From positions 2,297,848-2,361,847 of the forward strand of contig OX638317.1 in the NCBI GenBank assembly GCA_951812545.1: a DNA stretch of 64,000 bases. Direction: 5' to 3'. A program made the translations under genes and the position numbers. Positions 10,388 through 20,289 of this stretch are shown piece by piece. The stretch is from an uncultured Latescibacterota bacterium. Its GTDB lineage: Bacteria > Latescibacterota > UBA2968. The notes below the pieces were generated by a model. It was given only the letters and a program-made list of their open reading frames with translations, was not told the origin of the DNA and did no database searches. Positions within the stretch are counted from its first letter, which is position 1. Each line of letters opens with the position of its first letter.

Positions 10388-11212
10388 ATGACGGACGAGA
10401 AGACGATCAAGTTAATGACTTATAACCTGAAGTATGCCAGCCCCAAGTTTGAGCCACCCTGGGAAGTACGACGCGATATGCAAGTGGCACTGATTCGCAA
10501 ATACAGTCCCGACATCATTGGTAGCCAGGAAGGCTTGAAGGAGCAGATCGACTATCTGATGGATCATTTGCCTGAATACGTGGTCATCGGAGAAGGCCGA
10601 AAGGGAGGGGATGATGACGAGCATATGGCCATCTTCTTCAAGCGCGATAGATTCCGACTCAGGGAAATGGGCAGTTTTCAGCTATCGGAAACGCCGGAAG
10701 TCATCGGTAGCGGTCCTGATAGCAATCCTCGTATGGTCACATGGGCCCGCCTCGCGATCATCAACAGACCGACAGATAGAGAAACGAGTCCCTACCCAAT
10801 GGACTACAGGGGGCACTGGGAGAATACTCAGGAACTGTATGCCTTCAACACGCATCTGGCCGTAGGCAAGGGAATGGCACTGGCAAGGCTGAATAGTGCA
10901 AGACTAATCGTCGAGCGGATCCGTGCGCTCGACCGGTTTGGTGAATGGACCAGGCCCCGCCCTGTATTTCTGTTGGGAGATTTCAACGCAAGACCGGGAA
11001 GCGATGTCTATAGAACATTTGTCGAGGATAAAGGCTCGAGAGAGCCTGGCGTACTGAAAGACAGTATAGAAGGCGGCAGCGGAATCGACTGGATTTTGTT
11101 CAGAGGGGACGTTGAGGTCCGCTCGTATGAGGTCGTGGACTACAATATCGACGGTGTTTATCCATCCGACCATAAACCGATTCAGGTCGAATTTCAGATC
11201 CTTGTCAGTTAA
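10388..11212 (+). CDS. Endonuclease/exonuclease/phosphatase (EEP) family protein
   Basis: It shows EEP hallmarks: LMTYNLKY near the N-terminus, GSQEG, FLLGDFNA, and a C-terminal IDWIL...YPSDHKPI. Confidence 0.8.
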   Translation: MTDEKTIKLMTYNLKYASPKFEPPWEVRRDMQVALIRKYSPDIIGSQEGLKEQIDYLMDHLPEYVVIGEGRKGGDDDEHMAIFFKRDRFRLREMGSFQLSETPEVIGSGPDSNPRMVTWARLAIINRPTDRETSPYPMDYRGHWENTQELYAFNTHLAVGKGMALARLNSARLIVERIRALDRFGEWTRPRPVFLLGDFNARPGSDVYRTFVEDKGSREPGVLKDSIEGGSGIDWILFRGDVEVRSYEVVDYNIDGVYPSDHKPIQVEFQILVS

Positions 11213-11268
11213 CTAATCAGCATTTGCTATCGGCTACCTGGAACCGCCCCAATCACACCCTACACCGC

Positions 11269-11297
11269 TTGACCTGCCCCCTAAAAGGCTATATATA
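11269..11297 (+). promoter_or_regulatory. Sigma70-like promoter for the 11328 gene
   Basis: TTGACC (11269-11274) and TATATA (11292-11297) are separated by a 17-nt spacer. GGAG at 11317-11320 precedes the ATG at 11328. Confidence 0.45.
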
Positions 11298-11327
11298 ATT
11301 CTTTTCTTTAGAGACCGGAGGCCGCTG

Positions 11328-12746
11328 ATGAACCCCGAAACCATGCTTGAGAAGGTGTGCCGTTCGCTGGATATTCTGGTCGCATTGGGAGCGACCTATG
11401 AGGGATTGTTCCCTTCGATTATTGATCGATCGACCCATCAGATGATGCCGGAAATGCCGCCGGGGATTGCGGGACAGCGAGACGGCGATCGGTCACACCT
11501 GGGCAGCAATCTCATCCACGATCAGACGGCGCTAAAGACAATGTACGCGCTTGCCGAGGCGTTGGACCGTCCGGATTACGCACAGGCGGCAGACCGATAT
11601 TTGCAGCGGTTTGCAACCCACTGCACGGATACAATAACGGGCATTTTCCCCTGGGGAGAACACGCGTACTGGCACCTATTGGAAGATCGGGTGGCAGACA
11701 GCTATCAGTTGCGGGAGGAAGCAAGGCCCAGTAAGACAACACACGATCACCTGCGGCAGGCACCGCTCTGGCTGTGGGAAAAACTGTATGCCTTCAATCC
11801 GCCATGCGTCGAGCGCTTTGCCGAGGGGATTGACGGACATTGGACCGAAGGCGAGCCGCTGGAATACATCCGGCATGCTTATATCGATGAGAAACGACCC
11901 TATGCCCGGGGAACGCGATCCTGCGATTTTCCGAGACATGGAGGATTTTACATTTTCGATTGGTCATTTGCCTACTTGAAGACGGATCGGACGGATTTTG
12001 TACAACAGATCGAAACTATGCTGGACTACTGGTGGGAGAAACGGGACGACCTGGGCCTGCTGCAGACGGAGAGCCGGTCACCCGAGGACGATGAGGATTT
12101 TTATCGAATCAATGCGCCCGGGCAGACGCTCTCCCTGGGGGTGAGCCTGCTTGAATCCGCTGAGTTGATTGCAGGTGCGTTACCAGAACTGGCCACTCGC
12201 ATGAGAGAACGGGCGGCCGTTTATATCGACGGATTTTTAAAAGCCCCCCACGATCTGGAACGGGGTATTTATGTAAATTCCTCTTACCAAAGTTCCAACG
12301 AGGCGAAAGGAACGATGCCGGTTTGGGGCAGCGTATATGGAAACTGGCCCGCCTGTTATGCCGCACTATTTGCCCTGTGTGGGCATCGCATTCGGCCCCA
12401 TCAAGGCCTTTTTGCGTGGGTCGTTGCAGTTGGAAAGAGCTATTTGGAAACCGATTTCCCGGATGACATTGCCGTGCCGGCAATGGATGCCGGATTGGGA
12501 TTGGAGTTATTGGCAGATTTATATGATCTGACGGGAGAGGCCAGGTGGTTGGACGGGGGCATGGCCCTTGCCGAGAAGCTTATGGGTATTTATATGGACG
12601 GCGATCTGCCGAGAGGAGCGTCGGGAATTGATTGGTACGAGTCGCAGATGGGACCGAGTTTTTTACAGCATGGATTGGCGCGAATTGCACTGATGGCCCG
12701 CGATGGTCTCCCCTGTATTTTGGAGGGGGATTATACCGCGAGGTAA
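11328..12746 (+). CDS. Hypothetical protein (472 aa), helical-barrel-like
   Basis: The ORF is long and clean and has its own promoter and RBS. I recognise no diagnostic motif. Its neighbours are glycan-active enzymes. Confidence 0.6.
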   Translation: MNPETMLEKVCRSLDILVALGATYEGLFPSIIDRSTHQMMPEMPPGIAGQRDGDRSHLGSNLIHDQTALKTMYALAEALDRPDYAQAADRYLQRFATHCTDTITGIFPWGEHAYWHLLEDRVADSYQLREEARPSKTTHDHLRQAPLWLWEKLYAFNPPCVERFAEGIDGHWTEGEPLEYIRHAYIDEKRPYARGTRSCDFPRHGGFYIFDWSFAYLKTDRTDFVQQIETMLDYWWEKRDDLGLLQTESRSPEDDEDFYRINAPGQTLSLGVSLLESAELIAGALPELATRMRERAAVYIDGFLKAPHDLERGIYVNSSYQSSNEAKGTMPVWGSVYGNWPACYAALFALCGHRIRPHQGLFAWVVAVGKSYLETDFPDDIAVPAMDAGLGLELLADLYDLTGEARWLDGGMALAEKLMGIYMDGDLPRGASGIDWYESQMGPSFLQHGLARIALMARDGLPCILEGDYTAR

Positions 12747-12763
12747 AATGAGGAAAATAGATC

Positions 12764-13699
12764 ATGGACAAAAACCAATGGCTGGATCCACAACTCTGGG
12801 AGCGAGACGTTGATGCACCCTGTCTGTCCCTGGGCGCAGCCGGTCAATTTGACGATACCCACCTTTTTGCTCCCTGTGTCGCTTTGGAAAACGGGTGCTA
12901 TTACATGTGGTACAGCGGCTCGCGCGGCGAAGTGGATCTGCGGGTTTTTGCTCTGGGGCTGGCCACCAGCGACGACGGCCTGCATTTTACACGACACCCC
13001 GCCTCTCCGGTTTGCACCCTGGAGGCCGACCACTCCATCCTTACCCCTACCCTGGTACGCGACCCAGACGGCTCCCTGCGGCGCGAGGCGGGCAAGCTGC
13101 GTATGTTTTTTTCTTCGACCGATTTTCCCTCTGGCGACACACGCCACACCCTGCACGCCATGACCAGCGACGACGGACTTCGCTGGGAGACGCCCTCCCA
13201 GCCCCTATTGGAAAACGCCTACGCCCCCACCCTGTTTTGGGAAGACGACCACTACCGCCTGTGGTACACCGATGTGACCGCCGATCCCTGGACCATACGC
13301 GCCGCCCACAGCGAAGACGGCTTTGAGTGGCAAGTCCATCCCCACCCGGTGTTGGAATTGGATCAGGAATGGGAATTCCAGCGCCTGATCTATCCAGCCG
13401 TCCTCAAAGAGGACGGTTATTATCTGATGTGGTACGGCAGCTATAGCAGCTATCCGCCCGAGGTCATGAAAACCTCCATCGGATTTGCCATCAGCGAAGA
13501 CGGCCTCAACTGGACTAAAAATCCTCACAACCCGATCTTTGGCCCCGATCCTTCGCGGCCATGGGAATCGCACTTTACCACCAGCCATTCGCTCTTGCGC
13601 CTGACCGATGGCTCCCTGCGCCTGTGGTACGCTTCGCGCACCAAACCACCTTTCGTACACAAGTATTACGCCATCGGCACCGCGCGATGGTCCGCTTAA
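12764..13699 (+). CDS. Five-bladed beta-propeller glycoside-hydrolase-like protein (GH43/GH32/GH130 superfamily fold)
   Basis: It has a repeated blade pattern: YYMWYSG, LGLATSDDGLHF, MTSDDGLRWE, AHSEDGFEW, AISEDGLNW, LRLWYAS. Confidence 0.65.
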   Translation: MDKNQWLDPQLWERDVDAPCLSLGAAGQFDDTHLFAPCVALENGCYYMWYSGSRGEVDLRVFALGLATSDDGLHFTRHPASPVCTLEADHSILTPTLVRDPDGSLRREAGKLRMFFSSTDFPSGDTRHTLHAMTSDDGLRWETPSQPLLENAYAPTLFWEDDHYRLWYTDVTADPWTIRAAHSEDGFEWQVHPHPVLELDQEWEFQRLIYPAVLKEDGYYLMWYGSYSSYPPEVMKTSIGFAISEDGLNWTKNPHNPIFGPDPSRPWESHFTTSHSLLRLTDGSLRLWYASRTKPPFVHKYYAIGTARWSA

Positions 13700-13816
13700 T
13701 GGACGCCGACAATATGAAACAGTGGCTGCGCTTTGAACCGCCAGGGCAGGGTCAGCCATGGATTCTGATTTTAGAAAAGTAACTTCGAGCATTGTGATAG
13801 AAAAGGAGAGAGCACC

Positions 13817-14977
13817 ATGGCGAGAGATATTGAGATCACCCGCATTACCTCGACGAGTTTCGCCTATGAGATAGCCGATATGGAGTTGGAGGAGCAATTG
13901 GGCTTCGACACGGTCTTCCGCAAGGGCGGCCGCCTGACTCTGGGCGGCGGCTTGCTGACCATCGAGACCAGCGTCGGCATCAGCGGCATTGCCTCCGGTG
14001 GCATCGATTCCCGCCCGGCGCAGTACTTACTCGGCCGCAATCCGCTGGACCGCGAGATCATCTGGCACGACCTCAAGCGCTCGCGCCGCGGGCAGGACGG
14101 CACGCCGCCGGGCGCGGTAGATATCGCGCTGTGGGATTTCGCTGGCAAACTCTACGACGCGCCGATCTACGAGCTTTTGGGCGGGGGTTGGCGCAAGAAG
14201 TTGCCGGCTTACGCTTCGACCTACCACGGCGACGAAAACGGCGGTTTGACGACGCCGGACGACTTTGCGCAATTCGCCCTGCGCTGCAAGGAGCAATACG
14301 GCTATCCGGCCTTTAAGATCCACGGTTGGATCAACGGGCCGATCGACCGCGAGGTAGCGGCGGTATTAGCCATCCGCGAAGCGGTGGGCGACGATATGGA
14401 TCTGTTGCTCGATCCGGCCGGGTGTTTTCCCACATTCGAAGATGTACTCAAGGTGGGTCGCGCCTGTGACGAGGCGCGCTATATGTGGTATGAAGATCCG
14501 TTCAGGGGCGGCGGGTTTTCGCGCTTTGCCCACGCCAAGTTGCGCGAGTTGATCAATACGCCGATGCTGATGGGCGAACACGTGCGCGGGCTTGAAGCCA
14601 AGGCCGATACGATTACCGCCGGTGCCACCGACTTCGTGCGCGCCAACGCCCAGACCGACGGCGGCATCACCGGGGTAATGAAGATCGCTGCTATGGCCGA
14701 GGCACACGGGCTGGACGTGGAGTTGCACGGCGGCAATCTGGCGCACCGGCATATCATGGCGACCCTGCGCAACGCCAATTACTACGAATTGGGCCTGGTG
14801 CATCCCCTGGTGCCCGATACCAAGCCAGCGATCTACGCAGAAAGACGCTGGCTCGACGAGTTGGATTCGGTTGACGAGAACGGCTGCGTCGAAGTGCCGG
14901 AGGGGCCAGGGCTGGGGGTGGCGTTTGACCGGGACTGGATCGAGGGCCACAAGACCGGGGAGATGGTCTATGAATAG
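13817..14977 (+). CDS. Enolase-superfamily enzyme (mandelate racemase/muconate lactonizing family)
   Basis: The metal-ligand context fits this family: DLLLDPAG, WYEDP, MGEHV. It has the typical MR/MLE N-terminal capping domain. Confidence 0.8.
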   Translation: MARDIEITRITSTSFAYEIADMELEEQLGFDTVFRKGGRLTLGGGLLTIETSVGISGIASGGIDSRPAQYLLGRNPLDREIIWHDLKRSRRGQDGTPPGAVDIALWDFAGKLYDAPIYELLGGGWRKKLPAYASTYHGDENGGLTTPDDFAQFALRCKEQYGYPAFKIHGWINGPIDREVAAVLAIREAVGDDMDLLLDPAGCFPTFEDVLKVGRACDEARYMWYEDPFRGGGFSRFAHAKLRELINTPMLMGEHVRGLEAKADTITAGATDFVRANAQTDGGITGVMKIAAMAEAHGLDVELHGGNLAHRHIMATLRNANYYELGLVHPLVPDTKPAIYAERRWLDELDSVDENGCVEVPEGPGLGVAFDRDWIEGHKTGEMVYE

Positions 14978-15069
14978 GGCTTTAGTTATGCGGTTCCCGT
15001 TCCGGCCTCAGAGCACCAGGCAATGAAGGGGGCAGAAAATTGGTTGGTCTTAATTTATGGGAGTGATCT

Positions 15070-15789
15070 ATGGGCTTAATTACAGATGAGCAGAAGAAGC
15101 AGTTTCGCGAAGCAGGGTATTTGCTGGCGTCGGGTTTGATTCCTGAGGATGTAGCTCGCAAGGGTGAAAACGCGATGTGGGCGGCTCTAAAAATGGACCG
15201 TGACGATCCCGAAACCTGGAACCGTGTGTCAGCGCATGCGATTAATCAACGGCATCGCGCATTGCCAGAAAATCGAAGATTGGGCGCGCCGGATATCTTA
15301 GCGTGTTATACGGATGATATTTTGGCCGCACTTTCTGAATTGACGGGTGTGGGTTGCGAGGAGATCTACGCGCCGAAGGATATCCTGACGCAGAACACGT
15401 TCCCGACGGAAGGTGAATGGAGCCACCAGAAACCTCACTTTGATGGCGGAACCAACCGGGAGAAATTTAATGTGACGTTTCCGGTTCCAATCAGTGTGCA
15501 TTCAATTTTGTATTTGAGTGATACAGACCCGCATGGGGGTTGCACGTTTGGATGGCCGGGTTCACATAACAAGATGCGGGGTCTTGCAGAGAGCAATCCA
15601 GAGAAGTACCCCTATCTGTGGGACGTGAATTCGGATATGCATAAGGTGGATATTGGCGAAGGCGTGGAATTGGTGGCAAAGCGTGGAGACATTCTATTTT
15701 ACCAGAACTTTTTTGTACACGCGGGAAGCAAGAATGTGAATGATTATCCACGGCTTGCCTGTCGCAATACGTGGCGGTGGGATGTGTAA
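15070..15789 (+). CDS. Phytanoyl-CoA dioxygenase (PhyH) family protein
   Basis: The N-terminus (FREAGYLLASGLIP) is characteristic. The HFDG and FVHAGSKN segments match the PhyH His-x-Asp...His layout. Confidence 0.7.
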   Translation: MGLITDEQKKQFREAGYLLASGLIPEDVARKGENAMWAALKMDRDDPETWNRVSAHAINQRHRALPENRRLGAPDILACYTDDILAALSELTGVGCEEIYAPKDILTQNTFPTEGEWSHQKPHFDGGTNREKFNVTFPVPISVHSILYLSDTDPHGGCTFGWPGSHNKMRGLAESNPEKYPYLWDVNSDMHKVDIGEGVELVAKRGDILFYQNFFVHAGSKNVNDYPRLACRNTWRWDV

Positions 15790-15825
15790 TCAGGATCCAT
15801 AACAACAGAAAAGGAGCGTAACAAT

Positions 15826-17172
15826 ATGGATCGACGCGCAGCCTTAAAAACGTTGGGAATAGGAGTATCTGGAATGATAGCAAACCCATTTGTATGGGCC
15901 GAAGATGCCAAACGACCAAACATTGTGGTGATTTTGTCAGATGACCAGGGCTTTGGAGATGTGAGTTACCAGAAACATCCCGCAGAAGTCTATACACCAC
16001 ATACCGACGCACTGGCCAACGCGGGCATTCGAATGACAAATGGATATGCCAGTGCCTTTGTATGTGCGCCCACCAGGGCGGGTTTGATGACCGGTCGATA
16101 CCAACAGCGCTTTGGTTTTTATACAGCCAGTGACTCACGCGCCGGTATGCCGGTTGACGAAATTACACTTGCAGATCTACTCAAAAAAGCGGGGTACAGG
16201 ACGGGGGTATTTGGAAAATGGCATTTGGGTTTGACGCCTGAATATCATCCGAACAACCGTGGATTTGATGAATTTTACGGATTTTTAGGGCATGGGGCGC
16301 ACGACTATTTTGATTTGAATTACAAAGAGGACAAAGCCCATAATGCGATATATCGAAATAAAGAGATTATCAATGATACCGGTTACTTGACCGATAATCT
16401 GGCTCGAGAGGCTGTTGGCTTCATTGAACGAAACAAAAACGATCCATTCTTTCTCTATCTTCCTTTTAATGCTGTGCATGCGCCGCTGCAAGCGCCCGAA
16501 GAGGATATCAAACAATTTAATACAGGAGATTCCAAACGCGATATTTTGATGGGCATGCTCAAAAGAATGGATATCGCTGTTGGCGATGTGGTGGCAGCAC
16601 TCAAGGCCAATGGCGTGTGGGAAAACACACTCATCTTTTATTTTTCAGATAATGGTGGTGCAAGGGCCACAAATGCAAACAATATGCCCCTGCGCGATTA
16701 CAAGCAGAGTGTCTATGAGGGTGGGCTGCGCGTGCCGTTTCTCGTGTCCTGGCCAGGGCATTTGGAAGCAGGTGGTGTGTGTGATGAACCGGTTATTTGT
16801 ATGGATGTTTTGCCGACTGTCTGTGCAGCTGTTGGCATCCCATTGCCCGAAGACCGTATCTACGATGGCAAAAATATGTTGCCAGTCTTGCAAGGTAAAA
16901 CAGAAGGGGCATTGCACGATGCGTTGTATTGGGATGGCGATTCGGGAACCTGGGCGATTCGAGAAGGGAAATGGAAGCTGACATTTAGCAGGTCTAAGAA
17001 GCTGGAATTGTACGATCTGGATGCAGATATAGGTGAGAAAAATGATCTGGCAAACCAGCAACCGGCAATTGTTCAGCGACTACAAAAAAAATTCAAGGCC
17101 TGGAGAAGCCAGATGGCGCCAAGGATTAGAAGACCTCGGAGAAATAGAAACAGACCTGTGCAACAGAATTGA
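15826..17172 (+). CDS. Secreted arylsulfatase-type sulfatase (formylglycine-dependent)
   Basis: It has a twin-arginine-like leader (MDRRAALKTLGI...VWA). It also has ILSDDQG and the sulfatase signature CAPTRAGLMTGR (C-x-P-x-R). Confidence 0.9.
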   Translation: MDRRAALKTLGIGVSGMIANPFVWAEDAKRPNIVVILSDDQGFGDVSYQKHPAEVYTPHTDALANAGIRMTNGYASAFVCAPTRAGLMTGRYQQRFGFYTASDSRAGMPVDEITLADLLKKAGYRTGVFGKWHLGLTPEYHPNNRGFDEFYGFLGHGAHDYFDLNYKEDKAHNAIYRNKEIINDTGYLTDNLAREAVGFIERNKNDPFFLYLPFNAVHAPLQAPEEDIKQFNTGDSKRDILMGMLKRMDIAVGDVVAALKANGVWENTLIFYFSDNGGARATNANNMPLRDYKQSVYEGGLRVPFLVSWPGHLEAGGVCDEPVICMDVLPTVCAAVGIPLPEDRIYDGKNMLPVLQGKTEGALHDALYWDGDSGTWAIREGKWKLTFSRSKKLELYDLDADIGEKNDLANQQPAIVQRLQKKFKAWRSQMAPRIRRPRRNRNRPVQQN

Positions 17173-18407
17173 TGAAGGCAGAACCATCGTCGTTCAAAAA
17201 CAGCAAAGAGACAATGCACAAACACATCGAAAAGACAAAGCTAGATAAGAAATTACAGGCGGTATTTGGGCCTCATGCTTACAGCGAAGGACCGTTGGCC
17301 ACAAGCGGAACAGGTCGGCGGTATGTGGGTGTAAAACTCTCTACTCCTCTCAATTCAGATCAAGTTGAATTCCTGGTGGATTCGCTCAGTCATTTCCAGA
17401 TTCTCTGCATTTCGGGTCAGAATTTCGAGTCGTTTTCGCTTGCTCATTTTGAACGCTTTGCGAATCATTGGGGAGCACCTATTCCACATCCCAGCAATGT
17501 CAGACGACGTGGAGAGAACGTCGAGTGGAAACCCTTTAAAGACCGGAATGTGTCTGCCGTAAACGCGACTTTCCCTGACCAACTGCAATGCCTGCCACAC
17601 ACGTCACCAACGGTATTTGTAGCATCCAATATGAGCGGTCCGAGAAAGGAAGGTGAGCCGGTGAGCGTGAGTCCTGGCGGTGACTGGCATGTAGATATCG
17701 AGTGTGAACGACTCCCCATCTACGTGTCTATGTTTCTCGTCCATAAGGTTCCTGAGTCACGCGACGCACCGGGTGGAACGTGGATCGAAGCGCCGAACGA
17801 CATTGAGAAATTTGGATCTCTACAGGAAAATCCAGATGAGGAACTCAGGCGCTTGCGCAGTCAGCTTCCACTGGATGGCGGAACGGCTTATGCCGATACG
17901 GAAGCCGCGTTTGCTGCACTTCCGGAGTCAGAACAGGAAGTGCTTGAGCGCACCCGAGTGCATAGGCGGCTCAACTGGAAGGACGAAGGATGGCTTGCGC
18001 CTCTCGTTCGCACAAATCCGCGATCAGGTCTGAAGTCTCTGCACAGTCCCATTTGGAATTCCAGACCTGCCATAAAACCGCCTGTCCTGGTAGAAGGAAT
18101 GAACGCTGGTGAGTCCAGAGCTTTTTTGGATCGGCTTGAAAAGCATGTACTCCAACCCCGATTTCGGTATGACCACACACATACGCCGGGTGACGTAACC
18201 ATCTGGGATAATTACATGATCCTGCACAATTCACCGCCGATCAAGACGAACATCCATTCCATCGACGATGCGCGACTCCTTTACCGAATAAGCTGTAAAG
18301 GAGAACCCGCATTGACTCTTCCCAGAAATGACGTACAGGAATGGCTTGACCAGCATATCAATGGGGGGTATGTCACCCCGAAGGAAATCATCCGCGTGGA
18401 TAAATAG
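17172..18407 (+). CDS. TauD/TfdA-family Fe(II)/2-oxoglutarate dioxygenase
   Basis: The ATG at 17172 overlaps the sulfatase stop in a TGATG arrangement. It has a WHVD (His-x-Asp) motif and a TauD-like C-terminal segment (GDVTIWDNYMILH). Confidence 0.7.
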   Translation: MKAEPSSFKNSKETMHKHIEKTKLDKKLQAVFGPHAYSEGPLATSGTGRRYVGVKLSTPLNSDQVEFLVDSLSHFQILCISGQNFESFSLAHFERFANHWGAPIPHPSNVRRRGENVEWKPFKDRNVSAVNATFPDQLQCLPHTSPTVFVASNMSGPRKEGEPVSVSPGGDWHVDIECERLPIYVSMFLVHKVPESRDAPGGTWIEAPNDIEKFGSLQENPDEELRRLRSQLPLDGGTAYADTEAAFAALPESEQEVLERTRVHRRLNWKDEGWLAPLVRTNPRSGLKSLHSPIWNSRPAIKPPVLVEGMNAGESRAFLDRLEKHVLQPRFRYDHTHTPGDVTIWDNYMILHNSPPIKTNIHSIDDARLLYRISCKGEPALTLPRNDVQEWLDQHINGGYVTPKEIIRVDK

Positions 18408-19003
18408 AGCGAAGAACATCATTGATCTGTGGTGGGCAACATGGGCAGAAGAACAAATCAATGGTGAACGGGGTGGAGGGAAAGTGCGGCAAAGAAGCCT
18501 GAAGGGATTAATGCCCAATGAGCAAATCGGGCATCTGGCTCATATGTATCTGGGCATGGGGTCATCAGAATTCAAAAATTGTCCCACAATGTTGATTTTT
18601 CCATTGTATTGTAGCTATACCATTCCGGATTTGATTGCAAATATTGCAACGTAGTCAAGAGGCGGTGCCAATAATCAATGGGGCGTCGGTCAATTACCAT
18701 CCGGAAAAATTGTTTGACAGTCCGTTTGTACAATCTGTGTGGGATAGCGGGATGGTTCATATCCGGGATGGAGATGAGGGTTTGAATCTGGTGTTTGATG
18801 TAGAACAGAATCGGTTAAGGCCTAAGTTATTATAAGTTCTGCGGAGGCCCGCTCTATACCGTCCAGATCGCCGACTTCACGGAGTTTCTCGCGAAGTCGG
18901 CGGTGAAGCCACAGACTCGCGGGGTGCAACTCAGACCGTTCCAACAGATTGTCCGTCATCCAGGGCGATCAAGAATTTTGGAGAACAGGAGAAATGCAAT
19001 ACA

Positions 19004-20242
19004 ATGAGAATAATTACATTGCCGATTATTTTTACAGTAATGCTGAGGACTTTGAGCGTGCAAGCTGATTACCACACTGAGGAATCAAAAATACTCGCAC
19101 TGGCTGAGCTGACAAATGCGCCGGTTGTCCGCAATGAAAAGGAGCAAATCGTCAGTATTGGTGCTGGTGAATTGAAGGCGATCTACTTTGATGCGCTTAT
19201 GTACGAGGGAAAACCAACCCGCGCCTATGCCTGGATCGGTATCCCTGAGGATGCATCGTCGAGCCACAAGGTCCCGGGAATCGTGTTAGTCCATGGCGGT
19301 GGCGGAACCGCCTTTAAGGAGTGGGTTGAAAAGTGGAATGCCCACGGATACGCGGCAATCAGTATCGCAGTGGAAGGGCAGATAGATGAACGGGAGCCGC
19401 GGAAACCCGGCGACAATAGGCGCAACAGATGGAAAAAACATCCCTGGCCGGGACCCTCTCGCACAGGTATTTACGGCGACTCCGACAAACCGATTGAAGA
19501 ACAGTGGATGTATCACGCCGTTGCCGATGCAATCCTGGCGAACTCGCTCCTTCGTTCCCTGTCGCAGGTAGATAGTACGAAAGTCGGCCTGATGGGTATC
19601 TCCTGGGGGGGCATCATTGCAAGCACGGTTATCGGTATCGACAGCCGCTTTGCTTTTGCCATTCCTACGTACGGATGCGGGAACCTATCCCGGGCGGGCA
19701 ACCAATACGGCAGGGCGCTTGGAAATAATAACCTTTACAAGGAGGTCTGGGATCCTATTCTACGCTTAAAGAATGTGGAAATTCCGACCCTGTGGCTCTC
19801 CTGGCCGGGAGACCAGCACTTTCCATTGGACAAGCAGGCCTCCTGCTATCGCACTGTATCTGGGCCCTACATGATATGTCTGATTCCCGGCATGAGACAC
19901 GGACACCAGGCCGGCATGAAACCTCCGGATAGCTATGCCTTCGCAGACAGCGTTGTCAAAGAGGGCAAACCCTGGGCCAGGCAAATTTCCTCCAGGACTG
20001 AGAGCGGACAGTTCACCGTGATTTTTGAATCATCAAGGCCCTTGGATGAAGCCTTTCTGATATCAACTGCTGATACCGGGATAACCGGCAAAAGGAAGTG
20101 GATCGAATCACCTGCAAAGCTGGAGAAAAGGTCCGATCAGTGGGTGGTAACCGCCACACAGCCCGAGGGCACAACCGCCTGCTTTATTAATGTGAAGTCG
20201 GGTGGTTTAACGCTCTCCTCAGACTATACAGAAATAGAATAG
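19004..20242 (+). CDS. Secreted alpha/beta hydrolase (acetyl-xylan-esterase / dienelactone-hydrolase-like)
   Basis: It has a signal peptide, an oxyanion-region segment (VLVHGGGG) and a nucleophile elbow (GISWGG). Confidence 0.7.
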   Translation: MRIITLPIIFTVMLRTLSVQADYHTEESKILALAELTNAPVVRNEKEQIVSIGAGELKAIYFDALMYEGKPTRAYAWIGIPEDASSSHKVPGIVLVHGGGGTAFKEWVEKWNAHGYAAISIAVEGQIDEREPRKPGDNRRNRWKKHPWPGPSRTGIYGDSDKPIEEQWMYHAVADAILANSLLRSLSQVDSTKVGLMGISWGGIIASTVIGIDSRFAFAIPTYGCGNLSRAGNQYGRALGNNNLYKEVWDPILRLKNVEIPTLWLSWPGDQHFPLDKQASCYRTVSGPYMICLIPGMRHGHQAGMKPPDSYAFADSVVKEGKPWARQISSRTESGQFTVIFESSRPLDEAFLISTADTGITGKRKWIESPAKLEKRSDQWVVTATQPEGTTACFINVKSGGLTLSSDYTEIE

Positions 20243-20289
20243 ACGACATTTACAAGAAGACAGATTGCCCAACTCACGGAGAATCGAAA

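Noticed and set aside
13205-13897. A 230-aa minus-strand ORF spans the end of the propeller gene and the start of the enolase-family gene.
   Set aside because: It is antisense to two motif-supported genes and has low-complexity Gly/Ala/Arg content, which makes it a shadow ORF.
18824-18958. A 45-aa minus-strand ORF (MTDNLLERSELHPASLWLHRRLREKLREVGDLDGIERASAELIIT) contains a 10-bp-stem hairpin (18869-18878 / 18893-18902) in the 600-bp spacer before 19004.
   Set aside because: It is too short, with no RBS or family signature. It could be another gene stub or a regulatory hairpin, but I cannot support either reading.
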